Of a stretch of DNA of 64,000 nucleotides, positions 18,610 to 28,330 are shown piece after piece. The notes under the pieces are model-generated. The model made no database searches. It saw only the letters and a list, made by a program, of their open reading frames with translations, and was not told the DNA's origin. The stretch comes from Candidatus Nanopelagicales bacterium (GTDB lineage: Bacteria > Actinomycetota > Actinomycetes > S36-B12 > JBBQYX01), in the NCBI GenBank assembly GCA_038208295.1, contig JBBQYX010000010.1:1818-65817 (forward strand). The letters run 5' to 3'. The position numbers were made by a program, and so were the translations under genes. The first letter of the stretch is position 1; each line of letters begins with the position of its first letter.

Positions 18610-20439
18610 TCAGCGGCCGTCCTCCGTCGACAGCGCCGCGATGAAGGCCTCTTGCGGGACCTCTACCCGGCCGACCATCTTCATCCGCTTCTTGCCTTCC
18701 TTCTGCTTCTCCAGCAGTTTGCGCTTGCGGGTGATGTCACCGCCGTAGCACTTGGCCAGCACGTCCTTGCGCAGCGCGCGGACGTTTTCCCGGGCGATCA
18801 CCCGGGCCCCGATGGCCGCCTGGATGGGCACCTCGAACTGCTGCCGCGGAATGAGCTTGCGCAGCTTCTCGGCCATCGCCACTCCGTACGCGTACGACTT
18901 GTCTCGGTGCACGATCGCGCTGAATGCATCGACCGTCTCCCCCTGCAGCAGGATGTCGACCTTGACCAGGTCGGCGGCCTCTTCGCCGGTGGTCTCGTAG
19001 TCCAGTGAGGCATACCCGCGGGTCCGGGATTTCAGGGAGTCGAAGAAGTCGAAGACGATCTCGGCCAGTGGCAGCGCATACCGCAACTCGACCCGGTCCT
19101 CGGACAAATAGTCCATACCGAGGAGCTGCCCGCGCCGGGCCTGGCACAACTCCATGATCGTGCCGACGAATTCGCTGGGAGCTAGGACCGTCGCCCGGAT
19201 CATCGGCTCGAACACCTCGGCGACCTTGCCGGCGGGGAACTCACTGGGGTTGGTCACAACGATCTCACCCCCGTCGTCGAGGGTCACCCGGTAGACGACG
19301 TTGGGTGCGGTGGAGATCAGGTCGAGATTGAACTCGCGCTCCAGGCGCTCTCGGACAATCTCCAGGTGCAGCAGACCCAGGAATCCGCAGCGGAAGCCGA
19401 ATCCCAGCGCGGCAGAGGTTTCCGGCTCGTAGACCAGCGCGGCATCGTTGAGCTTCAGCTTGTCCAGGGCCTCCCGCAGTTCCGGGTAGTCGGACCCGTC
19501 GATGGGATACAGCCCGGAGAACACCATCGGCTTGGGATCGCGGTAGCCGCCCAGGGACTGCGTCGCTCCCCGGGTGACGGTGGTGACCGTGTCGCCGACG
19601 CGGCTTTGGCGTACATCCTTCACACCGGTGATCAGGTATCCGACCTCGCCCGCGCCGATTCCGCCCTGGCTGGCGACCGGCTCCGGGGAGATCACACCGA
19701 TCTCCAGCAGATCGTGCACCGCCCCGGTGGACATCATGATGATCCGCTCGCGGGTGGACAGGTGGCCGTCGATGACCCGGACGTAGGTGACCACCCCGCG
19801 ATAGGTGTCGTAGACCGAGTCGAAGATGAGGGCTCGTGCTGGTCCGTGGGAGTCCCCCACTGGCGGCGGCACGACCCGCACGACCTCTTCGAGCAACTCC
19901 CGGACGCCGCTGCCGGTCTTGGCGCTGACCTGCAGCACATCCGAGGCCTGGCAGCCGATGATCCGGGACAGTTCGAGGGCATACTTCTCCGGCTGCGCCG
20001 CGGGCAGATCGATCTTGTTCAGTACCGGGATGATCTGCAGGTCGTTGTCCAGCGCCAGATAGAGGTTGGCCAGCGTCTGCGCCTCGATGCCCTGGGCCGC
20101 GTCGACCAGCAGGACCGCCCCCTCGGCGGCCGCCAGGCTGCGCGACACCTCGTAGGTGAAGTCGACGTGCCCGGGCGTGTCGATCATGTTCAGGACGTAC
20201 GTGAACCCGTCGGCCGCATCGAACGGGAGCCGTACAGCCTGGCTCTTGATCGTGATGCCGCGCTCGCGCTCGATGTCCATCCGGTCCAGGTATTGCGCCC
20301 GCATCGACCGTGCGTCGACAACTCCGGTCAACTGCAGCATCCGGTCGGCCAGCGTCGACTTGCCGTGGTCGATGTGCGCGATGATGGCGAAGTTTCGGAT
20401 CAGACTGGGGTCGGTCCTGCCGGGCGGTGGAGCACTCAC
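18610..20439 (-). CDS. lepA: Translation elongation factor 4 (LepA)
   Basis: '[15 protein letters not shown]', 'DTPGHVDF', 'NKIDL' and the LepA C-terminal domain. GTG start. Confidence 0.95.
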   Translation of the reverse strand: MSAPPPGRTDPSLIRNFAIIAHIDHGKSTLADRMLQLTGVVDARSMRAQYLDRMDIERERGITIKSQAVRLPFDAADGFTYVLNMIDTPGHVDFTYEVSRSLAAAEGAVLLVDAAQGIEAQTLANLYLALDNDLQIIPVLNKIDLPAAQPEKYALELSRIIGCQASDVLQVSAKTGSGVRELLEEVVRVVPPPVGDSHGPARALIFDSVYDTYRGVVTYVRVIDGHLSTRERIIMMSTGAVHDLLEIGVISPEPVASQGGIGAGEVGYLITGVKDVRQSRVGDTVTTVTRGATQSLGGYRDPKPMVFSGLYPIDGSDYPELREALDKLKLNDAALVYEPETSAALGFGFRCGFLGLLHLEIVRERLEREFNLDLISTAPNVVYRVTLDDGGEIVVTNPSEFPAGKVAEVFEPMIRATVLAPSEFVGTIMELCQARRGQLLGMDYLSEDRVELRYALPLAEIVFDFFDSLKSRTRGYASLDYETTGEEAADLVKVDILLQGETVDAFSAIVHRDKSYAYGVAMAEKLRKLIPRQQFEVPIQAAIGARVIARENVRALRKDVLAKCYGGDITRKRKLLEKQKEGKKRMKMVGRVEVPQEAFIAALSTEDGR

Positions 20440-20671
20440 GCGAAGACCTACCTACGTAGCGCGACGGTTCACGGACACTAAGGGCCCGTCGTGCATTCGA
20501 CCGGCCGTAGGCCATCGTCCCATGCAGCGGCGCCGGACCGGCCCGGCGCACGTCCACACCTGCGGTGACCTGCGCTGCCGCGGGCCCGTACGCCCCGCGC
20601 AGCAGCTACTGGCTGAGGTTGCGTTGTGCAGGGATGCACCGCCCACACACCGACGGTGGGATGCTCCGCGA

Positions 20672-21787
20672 GTGTCTACTGCCTCCCCCGATGCCCCGCG
20701 CGTGACCCTAGCCGTCGGGCCGGAGACAGTCCTCGCCGAGCGCGCGGTGGCCCAGGTCGTGGCCGCGGTACGCGCCGAACTGCCACAGGCCCAGCGGTAC
20801 GTCATCGACGCATCCGACGACGGCGCCGCTTCGGAGATCGCGGCCGCGCTGTCGCCCACCCTGTTCGGGGACCCGGCGGTGGTGGTGGTTTGGGGGCTGG
20901 ACAAGGCTGACGCCGCGACCGGCGCACTGCTCAGCGCCGCTGCGGCAGATCCGCCACCGGACGTCTGGCTAGTCCTGATCCACCCCGGCGGTGCCCAGGC
21001 AACGCGAAGCAGGGCGGGTGGGTCCACTGGGTCCGCCAAGGTGACGACCTCGAAGGCCACGACCGCCCGGCAGGCACGATCCGCCGGCGGTCCGACCGGC
21101 GCCGCCCTGCTCGTGACGCTGCGGACACACCATCCGGTCGAGGTGGACTGCCCAGCCCTGAAGAAGCGCCGGGATCTGACCGACCGGCTGGCTGTCGAGG
21201 TTCGCGCGCTGCAGCGGCGCATCACCCCCCAGGCGCTGGACTCCCTGATCGACGCTGTCGGAGCGGACCTGCGGATGCTGCTGTCCGCTACCGCGCAGCT
21301 GGTCTCCGACGTCGAAACGGACCCGATCGGTGTTGCGGACGTGTCCCGCTACTTCGGTGGCGTTGCGGAGGTCAGCGGGTTCGCCATCTCCGACGCGGTC
21401 TGGGACCGCAGTTCCGAGGCGGCGCTACGCGACCTGCGGTGGGCCGCCGAGTCGCATGACGGGGGACGGGTCGGGCCGGCCACCGTCGGGGCGTTGGCCA
21501 CAGGATTACGCGCGCTGGTCCGCTATGCCGGTGCCCCGCGCGGCGTCCCGGAGGGGCAGATCGCGGCCGACGTCGGCGTGCCGCCCTGGAAGTTGCGCTC
21601 CCTGCGGGCGCAATTGAACCGGTGGCGCCCCGACGAGCTGGCCCGGGCCGTGACCTATCTGGCCGAGGCAGATGCAGCGGTCAAGGGCGGAGTGTACGAA
21701 GGTGATCAGCTCGACGCCGAACAGAAACTGTGGGCGATGGATCGGCTGGTGCTCGGCCTGAGCCGGCGTGAGTCGTCGGCGGACTGA
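20672..21787 (+). CDS. holA: DNA polymerase III subunit delta (probable)
   Basis: About 370 aa. The call rests mainly on size, the conserved neighbourhood (rpsT/comEC/lepA) and weak family resemblance. GTG start uncertain. It contains a low-complexity insert near 'RSRAGGSTGSAKVTTSKATTARQ'. Confidence 0.6.
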   Translation: MSTASPDAPRVTLAVGPETVLAERAVAQVVAAVRAELPQAQRYVIDASDDGAASEIAAALSPTLFGDPAVVVVWGLDKADAATGALLSAAAADPPPDVWLVLIHPGGAQATRSRAGGSTGSAKVTTSKATTARQARSAGGPTGAALLVTLRTHHPVEVDCPALKKRRDLTDRLAVEVRALQRRITPQALDSLIDAVGADLRMLLSATAQLVSDVETDPIGVADVSRYFGGVAEVSGFAISDAVWDRSSEAALRDLRWAAESHDGGRVGPATVGALATGLRALVRYAGAPRGVPEGQIAADVGVPPWKLRSLRAQLNRWRPDELARAVTYLAEADAAVKGGVYEGDQLDAEQKLWAMDRLVLGLSRRESSAD

Positions 21788-21891
21788 TCCACCTGGTCCG
21801 GACGTCGGCTCCCCCCATCGGGCCAGCACACCTCGACGCATGCAGCCCAAAAGGACAGCGCCGAGCCGGGGCGTACGACTGGTACGGGAGG

Positions 21892-22164
21892 TCAGGCGGC
21901 GGCGTTCAGCGCCGCGGCCCGGCGAGCGATGGCCGATTTGCGATTGGCCGCCTGGTTCTTATGGATGACGCCCTTGCTGGCTGCCTTGTCGAGCTTGCGG
22001 GACGCCTCGCGGGCGAGTTCGTTGGCCTTGGCCACGTCGCCGGCCGCCTCGGCCTCGCGAAAACGGCGAATGGACGTCTTGAGCGACGACTTGACCGCCT
22101 TGTTGCGGACCCGCGCCTTCTCGTTGGTGCCGATGCGCTTGAGCTGCGACTTGATGTTCGCCAC
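21892..22164 (-). CDS. rpsT: 30S ribosomal protein S20
   Basis: '[29 protein letters not shown]...'. 90 aa from GTG 22164. The long upstream ORF extension was rejected. Confidence 0.9.
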   Translation of the reverse strand: MANIKSQLKRIGTNEKARVRNKAVKSSLKTSIRRFREAEAAGDVAKANELAREASRKLDKAASKGVIHKNQAANRKSAIARRAAALNAAA

Positions 22165-22367
22165 GGGACGTCTGCCTCGGAATCTTCGGTGGTCGGATCG
22201 GGTTCGAGACCGTGGCCCAGACCGCTGCGATCCAGCCGGCCACGATCCAACTGACGTGGATCCGGTCGATCTGTCACTCAACGGACCAGGACGGTCCCCG
22301 GGCGCGACAGCACTCCTCGCGCCGTGCGACGGGTCAGGATAGCCGGGACCGTGACTCTGCCCCAAAT

Positions 22368-22387
22368 CGCCGCTTGTCAAAGCGGCG
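22368..22387 (-). terminator. Hairpin overlapping the ATPase stop codon
   Basis: cgccgctt-gtca-aagcggcg. 8-bp stem with the TGA in the loop. No clear U-tract. Confidence 0.4.
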
Positions 22388-23549
22388 TTCCCGGCGCAGC
22401 CTCGTCGTCGCGGCCAAGAATCCAGTCGGTCATGCCGGGGACCGCCAAGCGCATGCGGCCGGCGTGGACGTACACCGTGCCCTTCGTGAGCAGTCGGGCC
22501 CGCAGGTAGGACGCCTCCGACGGCTGCCTGCCCATGGCTCGGGCGACATCGGCGCCCCTGGGGTGTTGCCCGGCGGCGAGCAGCTCAGCGAGTGCTCGCA
22601 GGTAGCGTCGTTCCATCGGCGAGGCGTCGTTCCAGCGTGTGGTGTAAAGGCCGTTGGACAGGTCCCGCTGGGCGGCAGCGGCACCGCGGATCGCATGTTC
22701 CACGGTGATCGTGGAATGGCCGGAGGACGCTCGCCAGGTGTGATGGCCCAGGACCTGGATGGCGTACGGGTAGCCGCCGCTGGCGTCCGCAAGCAACTGT
22801 GCGGCCTGATCGGTCATGGGTCGAGCGGCGGCCCGGGCTGGCCCCGCCACGGCCGTGCGGGTATCGGCCTCGTTGAGCAGATCGACCTGGTGCCACTCGG
22901 CGCGTTCCAGGTAGGTGACCATGCGGCGTGGATCCTGCATGCTTGGCAGGCCGGCCAGCAGGGCCACGAGCGGCCACCCCTCGGCGGCTGCGCGTTGGAG
23001 TGCAGCGGCGACCTGAGCGAGTTCGCCCTTGGTGGCCGCGTGCGTCTCGTCGATCGTGAGCAGCAGACCAGCGTTCAGTTGCCGGGCCGCCACCATGACC
23101 TCCTCGAGAGCTTCGAGCAGGCTGGCGTGATGACCAGTCGCATCGGGGGAATCGCGGCGGAACTCCGCTTCTGCGCCAACCCCGAACGCCGACGCCTTCA
23201 CGGTTGCCGAAGCGGTCCGCCAGCGGCCTGCCCGGTCGGGTTGCTGCAGATACAGGTCGCGCGCATCGGCCAGCCCGGCGATCGTGTCAGCGATGAACGT
23301 CCCGGCGCGGGGGACTTCCTGCGTGACGGTCAGCCAGGCTCTCGCCGGTGCGGCCTCGAGCCGGGCCCACTCGAGCAAGACCGTCTTACCTACGCCGCGC
23401 GCACCGACGAGCAGGATGGGTCGTGGACAGCGACCGTCCAGCGCGGCGACGTCGAAGGCCTCGCTGATCGCGTCGGTAATGTCATCGCGGCCGGCCAGCA
23501 CGGGGGGCGTCTGGGCGAAACCTGGCCGGTACGGATTGGACGCGGACAT
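22377..23549 (-). CDS. Orphan P-loop ATPase with a C-terminal winged-helix-like region (AAA_16 / archaeal-ATPase-like)
   Basis: '[19 protein letters not shown]' N-terminus, Walker A 'GARGVGKT', Walker B-like 'LLLTIDETH' and a C-terminal '[14 protein letters not shown]...' wHTH-like segment. ATG 23549 checked. Confidence 0.65.
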   Translation of the reverse strand: MSASNPYRPGFAQTPPVLAGRDDITDAISEAFDVAALDGRCPRPILLVGARGVGKTVLLEWARLEAAPARAWLTVTQEVPRAGTFIADTIAGLADARDLYLQQPDRAGRWRTASATVKASAFGVGAEAEFRRDSPDATGHHASLLEALEEVMVAARQLNAGLLLTIDETHAATKGELAQVAAALQRAAAEGWPLVALLAGLPSMQDPRRMVTYLERAEWHQVDLLNEADTRTAVAGPARAAARPMTDQAAQLLADASGGYPYAIQVLGHHTWRASSGHSTITVEHAIRGAAAAQRDLSNGLYTTRWNDASPMERRYLRALAELLAAGQHPRGADVARAMGRQPSEASYLRARLLTKGTVYVHAGRMRLAVPGMTDWILGRDDEAAPGTPL

Positions 23550-23555
23550 GAGCAA

Positions 23556-23603
23556 AAAGTAGCATCTATAGCAACTCGAGGCACTTATAGCGAAATATAG
23601 CAA
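23556..23603 (-). promoter_or_regulatory. AT-rich upstream block with GCTATA repeats; candidate leaderless promoter of the ATPase gene
   Basis: The minus strand reads TTGCTATAtttcGCTATAagtgcCTCGAGTTGCTATAgatgcTACTTTttgctcATG. No SD. TACTTT ends 6 nt before the ATG. Confidence 0.35.
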
Positions 23604-23675
23604 GTCCCGATCGTGCTCATGAGTCGCGAGCGCACCCAACGACGTTTGGGTGTCGATAGTGCCGCGGGTGGGCGG

Positions 23676-26330
23676 TCACCGGCGGGAGACCAGGCCGATC
23701 GAGCCGTCGCCATCGCGAACCACCGCTAGGTCGCCGCCGAGGTCGGTACGCCCAATCAAGGCACCCGCCACCCGGTAGGCGTTCAGGGTCACCGAGGAGG
23801 GGTGCCCGTAGTCGTTGCCGACGCCGACAGACACCAGGGCCAGCCGGGCGGCTGCCCAGGACGCGAACCGCGGGTCCTGGTGACTGGACCCGTGATGCGG
23901 CACCTTGACCACATCGACGCGCAGCGGCGCGGCGTTTCCGCGCAGGCCCACCTGCGCAGCCGGTTCGACATCGGCGCCGAGCAGGATCCGTACGCCGGCG
24001 TCCTCGGCCAACAGCACCACGCTCGCGTTGTTGGCCAGCGACCCCTGGCCGCGGATAATGCGGCTCGGCCACAGCGCTTGCCACCTCAGGGGACCCACCC
24101 GGCGTTCGTCGCCGGTGGTCACCGGCGCTGCCGTCAGACCCGCGGTGGCCAACCACCGATCGACCGCTCCGGCCTGCGGGGCCGGTTCCCGCAACGGCGA
24201 CGTCACCACCGACGCGACCGAGCGCCCGCGCAGGACCCCGGGGACGCCGTCGACGTGGTCGGCGTGGAAGTGAGTGAGTACGAGGGCGGCTACGGCGGTA
24301 ATCCCCAGGTCACGCAGGCAACCATCGACCAGGTCGGGATCGGGGCCGGCGTCGACGACCACCGCGGTCACCTCGTCGACGCGCAGGACGGAAGCGTCCC
24401 CCTGCCCGACGTCGCAGACAACCAGTACCCACCCCGGAGGTGGCCACCCCACCCGGGCCGGGGGACGCAGAATCAGCACGGCGCTGGCGGCAAGAACGGC
24501 ACCGACCACGGCCCGCGCGACGCGCGGGTCGACCGACCGACCGCGCAGGTACCGCAGAGCACCGAACCCGGCGACCAGCACAGCGACAACCGAGACTGCC
24601 CCGACCGCGCCGTCCAGCCACGGAACCATCGCCAACGGCAACGCTGCACAGGTGTGCGCGACCAGCGCCAGCCAGCTGGCGAACGGGCCGGCCAACCAGG
24701 CGCAGGCGACTGCCAGCGGCGGGCACCACCACGCCGTCAGGGCGGCAGTGAGACCGAGCATCGTCACCGGGGCCACGATCGGCGCGGCAAGCAGGTTCGC
24801 CGGGATCGCGGCCAGGCCGATTCCGCCCTGCAAGGACGCAATCAGCGGGGCGGTGGCGACCTGCGCCGCCAGGGTGATCGTCGCAGCGGCAATCACGGCC
24901 GGCGGCAGCCGGGCCGTCAGGCGCCGCCGGCGCGCGGCGTCGATCAGGTGCGGGGTGAGGGCGAGCAGTCCCGCGGTCGCGGCGACGGACAGCGCGAACC
25001 CGTACGACAGAGCCAGCATCGGACTGAGCAGCAACAAGACCACAACTGCCGCGGAAAGCGTCGGGACACCGCGGCGACGCGATCCGGTCATCGTGCCGAT
25101 CAACACCACGGCACCCATCACCGCGGCACGCAGCACGCTCGGCTGCGGGCGAACCAGCACCACGAAACCCATGAGCGCCAGCGCTGCGACGGCAACGCGG
25201 GACCGGGTCCGCAGGCCGGCCAGGCGTGCGGCGCCCAGTACGACGAGCAGGACCAGAGCAGTGTTGCCCCCGCTGACAGCCGTCAGGTGGGACAAGCCGG
25301 CGGTGCGCATCGCATCCGCAAGTTCTAGGGATTGGCGCGACTCGTCGCCGACCGCGAGCCCGGCGATCAGGGAGGCGGCATCGCGATCGACACCTGCGTC
25401 CTGCGTCGACCGGGCCAGTCCCGTCCGCAGGGCGGTCGCGGCGGCGTCCAACGGTGGTGCGCGTAGGAGGGTCCGCGGGGCGCCAGAGACGGCCAGCACA
25501 CCCACGACCCCCATCCGGACGGGAGCCGGCCGCAAGCGACCATCGGCCAACACCGTGGCACCGGCTGCGAGCAGGGGTGCCGTCGTCGTACCGCCCGCGG
25601 ACTCAGCGGTAAGACCCGCGGCCGAGGATGCCGCGGGCGTTGCGGCGCCGCCGGCCGGCGGGGAGAAGCGCAGCAGGATCGGAAGGTCGACGTCGATGAT
25701 CCGTCCACGAGCCGTCACCCGGGTGGCCACCGCCCGGGCCTCGTATTGGTCTTGTGCCCCGCGCTGTCCCCGGGACGGACGATGGCGCAATACGAGATCA
25801 CCTCGGATCACGGCCTCGATCCTCACAGCGGCCCGTTCCTGCACCCAGGTCGACACCGGATCAGCGTGCAGGCCGGCTACCGTCACCGACATCACCCACC
25901 CGCCGGCACCGATGCCCACCAGGACGAGGCCGAGCAGTGCCGACACCCGGTGTCCTCGGCCAGCCACCCACCCGGACCGCCCCTGGGACGTTGGCCCCAG
26001 CGAGGCGAACCCCACAGCGGTGCCCAACACGACGAGAAGCGCGCCGGCACCAAGGATCAGTACGCCGCTGACCGCATCCGCGCCCAGCGAGTCGGCCAAC
26101 GTGCCCAGGCCGAAAGCGCCCGACCACAGCCCGATAGCGAGGGCTGCAAGCCTTAGATCGGCACCGGCCGGAGCGGAGCCGACCCCTTCCGGGGGATTCG
26201 CGGACACAGCGCCACGCCTGCTGGGGACCCTGCCCACCGGGCTGCCGTCCCCCGATGGGCTGGTTGGACGAACCCTTCGTGCCGCGGGCGCCACCGGGGA
26301 GTCAGCCACCGACTCCCCCCTCCGGTCCAC
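23676..26330 (-). CDS. comEC: ComEC/Rec2 family DNA internalisation protein
   Basis: Long poly-TM competence domain plus a C-terminal metallo-beta-lactamase motif 'LTHFHADHVDG'. Follows comEA. Confidence 0.85.
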   Translation of the reverse strand: MDRRGESVADSPVAPAARRVRPTSPSGDGSPVGRVPSRRGAVSANPPEGVGSAPAGADLRLAALAIGLWSGAFGLGTLADSLGADAVSGVLILGAGALLVVLGTAVGFASLGPTSQGRSGWVAGRGHRVSALLGLVLVGIGAGGWVMSVTVAGLHADPVSTWVQERAAVRIEAVIRGDLVLRHRPSRGQRGAQDQYEARAVATRVTARGRIIDVDLPILLRFSPPAGGAATPAASSAAGLTAESAGGTTTAPLLAAGATVLADGRLRPAPVRMGVVGVLAVSGAPRTLLRAPPLDAAATALRTGLARSTQDAGVDRDAASLIAGLAVGDESRQSLELADAMRTAGLSHLTAVSGGNTALVLLVVLGAARLAGLRTRSRVAVAALALMGFVVLVRPQPSVLRAAVMGAVVLIGTMTGSRRRGVPTLSAAVVVLLLLSPMLALSYGFALSVAATAGLLALTPHLIDAARRRRLTARLPPAVIAAATITLAAQVATAPLIASLQGGIGLAAIPANLLAAPIVAPVTMLGLTAALTAWWCPPLAVACAWLAGPFASWLALVAHTCAALPLAMVPWLDGAVGAVSVVAVLVAGFGALRYLRGRSVDPRVARAVVGAVLAASAVLILRPPARVGWPPPGWVLVVCDVGQGDASVLRVDEVTAVVVDAGPDPDLVDGCLRDLGITAVAALVLTHFHADHVDGVPGVLRGRSVASVVTSPLREPAPQAGAVDRWLATAGLTAAPVTTGDERRVGPLRWQALWPSRIIRGQGSLANNASVVLLAEDAGVRILLGADVEPAAQVGLRGNAAPLRVDVVKVPHHGSSHQDPRFASWAAARLALVSVGVGNDYGHPSSVTLNAYRVAGALIGRTDLGGDLAVVRDGDGSIGLVSRR

Positions 26331-26333
26331 GCC

Positions 26334-27329
26334 TCACACCCGCACCCGAGGACCCAAGTCCGCAAAGGTCTTCTCCCCGATGCCGGCAACTTCGCGTAGC
26401 TCCGCCACGCTGGTGAATCGGCCGTGCTCGGTTCGCCAATCGATGATCCGCTGCGCCATCACCGGACCAACCCGGGGCAAAGCGACGAGCTGATCAAGCG
26501 TGGCGGAGTTCAGGTCGAGCGGTCCGGTTGTCCCAGCGACGGAACCGGCGGATCCGGCCGTATCCGTGGCACCCGCCACCGGCTCGGGCGGCGCATTCGG
26601 ACCGACAACGATCTGCTCGCCGTCGGTCAGCGGCCTTGCCAGGTTGACCGGGCCGAGCGATCCCCCGGGCCGCACACCACCTGAAGCAGTGACGGCGTCC
26701 ATGACGCGCGATCCCCGGGGGAGTCGTACGACTCCCGGCCGTCGGACTTCCCCCACAACGTGGACGACGACCCGCGTCGGAGCCGCCGACGTTGCGACCG
26801 ACGGTGCGGTCGGGCCAGGCGAGCCGGGTTCGCCCGCGGCCCCGGACTCACCAGGTCTGGTCCCCACGGCAGCGCCTCCCGGCAGACCGGGTACGGCGAG
26901 GCCGGCGGCGATCACTGTTGGTGCAGGTGCGACGTCCCGCGGCCGGCCCGACCACCACCACCAGCCCGCGACCAGGACACCGGCCAGGACGAGGACCAGG
27001 ACGGCGCGCAGGCCCCGTACGTCCAGTCGCCGTGGCTCCGCGCCGGCCGCGCTTTCTCCAAGGTCGGCCTCGCTTTCGACGGCATCGCTGTCGACGGTTT
27101 CTCCAAGGTCGGCCTCGCCGACGGTCCCCCGGCGGCCGACTGGGCGAGCAGATTCCACGAGACCGGTGTCGAGGATCGTTTCCTTGGGGCCGAGTCCGGC
27201 CACGATCGGGCCGACCGGCGAAGCTATGGGTCGCCACGCCTCGGCGACGTCGGACAGGCGTCGCAGAACTTCCTCGGTCCCGGTACGCAGCGGCGCTCGA
27301 CGGATGGCCATGTCAGCGACGCTAGGCAC
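26334..27329 (-). CDS. comEA: ComEA family DNA-binding protein (helix-hairpin-helix)
   Basis: C-terminal 'LDLNSATLDQLVALPRVGPVMAQRIIDWR...GIGEKTF'. One TM helix. Start uncertain. Confidence 0.8.
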   Translation of the reverse strand: MPSVADMAIRRAPLRTGTEEVLRRLSDVAEAWRPIASPVGPIVAGLGPKETILDTGLVESARPVGRRGTVGEADLGETVDSDAVESEADLGESAAGAEPRRLDVRGLRAVLVLVLAGVLVAGWWWWSGRPRDVAPAPTVIAAGLAVPGLPGGAAVGTRPGESGAAGEPGSPGPTAPSVATSAAPTRVVVHVVGEVRRPGVVRLPRGSRVMDAVTASGGVRPGGSLGPVNLARPLTDGEQIVVGPNAPPEPVAGATDTAGSAGSVAGTTGPLDLNSATLDQLVALPRVGPVMAQRIIDWRTEHGRFTSVAELREVAGIGEKTFADLGPRVRV

Positions 27330-27403
27330 CCGACTCTGGCCGGCGGCCTCCTGCGCTGCAGCTGTGCAGACCCCGGGCGATCCCGGCTCGGCTGTGGACG
27401 ACG

Positions 27404-27423
27404 GCGCAGCTGCTCCGCTGCGC
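27404..27423 (-). terminator. Candidate hairpin downstream of degV
   Basis: gcgcagc-tgctcc-gctgcgc, 7-bp stem, 70 nt after the degV stop. Confidence 0.35.
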
Positions 27424-27492
27424 TGAGTCAGCCAAGTGGCCCGAACCGGACCTGTTCCAGAGTCAGCGGGGCGCCCTGGCCACAGTTACGCG

Positions 27493-28329
27493 TCAGCGCG
27501 GCGCGATGACGACGGCCACCATGCCCGGGCCGACATGCGCCCCGACCACGGCGCCCACCTCGCTGCGCACCAGCCGGGCGTCCGGCAGCCGAGCGGTCAG
27601 CCGGCCGGCTAGGGCGTCGGCTCGATCGGCTGCTGCCAGGTGGTGCACGGCGATGTCGACGGCGGCGCTGCCGGCGCTGTCCACGGCGATCTCCTCCAGC
27701 CGGGCCAACGCCCGGGCGGCCGTACGCACCTTCTCCAGCGGCTCGACGTGCCCGTCCACCAACTGCAGCAGTGGTTTCACCAGCAGCGCCTGCCCGAGCA
27801 GCTTCTGGGCCGCGCCGATGCGGCCACCTCGACGTAGGAACTCCAACGTATCGACGTAGAACAGGACCCGTGCGCGCCGGGCCCGGTCCGCGACCAGTTC
27901 GGCGACACCCGCGCCGTCCAAACCCTGCGCGGCCGCACCGGCGAGCACGGCGAAACCCAGGCCCATCGCGATGCTGCGACTGTCCACGACATGCACCGGG
28001 ATCGGCGCGTCTCGGGCCGCGAGCAGGGCCGACTCATAGGTGCCGGACATGTCCGCGGACAGATGCGCCGAGACGACCTCCGCTGCACCGGCCTCAGCCG
28101 CCGCCCGATAAGCGGCCAACAGCCGGGTCGGCGACGGGCGGGAGGTGCTCACCGGCTGCCAGGTCTGCAGCGCACGGGCCACCTGCGCCGGGCTGACGTC
28201 GACACCCTCGTCGTAGACCGAGCCGCCGATGATGACGTGGACGGGTACCACGTTCACGCGCAGGTCGGCCAGCAGATCACCGGGCAGGTACGCGGTCGAG
28301 TCGGTGACCAGTGCGATCGTTCCGGCCAT
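27493..28329 (-). CDS. DegV family fatty-acid-binding protein
   Basis: 'IALVTDSTAYLP...VNVVPVHVIIGG'. The ATG at 28329 lies directly after the leuS stop. Confidence 0.85.
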   Translation of the reverse strand: MAGTIALVTDSTAYLPGDLLADLRVNVVPVHVIIGGSVYDEGVDVSPAQVARALQTWQPVSTSRPSPTRLLAAYRAAAEAGAAEVVSAHLSADMSGTYESALLAARDAPIPVHVVDSRSIAMGLGFAVLAGAAAQGLDGAGVAELVADRARRARVLFYVDTLEFLRRGGRIGAAQKLLGQALLVKPLLQLVDGHVEPLEKVRTAARALARLEEIAVDSAGSAAVDIAVHHLAAADRADALAGRLTARLPDARLVRSEVGAVVGAHVGPGMVAVVIAPR

Positions 28330-28330
28330 C

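Noticed and set aside
18453-18644. 63-aa ORF 'MACLACLACWLAWLSC...'
   Set aside because: It is simply the translation of the 9-bp microsatellite upstream of the acyl-CoA ligase gene.
22165-22380. 72-aa N-terminal extension of the rpsT ORF
   Set aside because: S20 homology starts at GTG 22164 ('ANIKSQ'). The extension would run into the ATPase terminator hairpin.
24274-26493. 739-aa plus-strand ORF, together with 23802-25328
   Set aside because: It is antisense to comEC and is a low-complexity Ala/Arg/Thr/Ser-rich translation.
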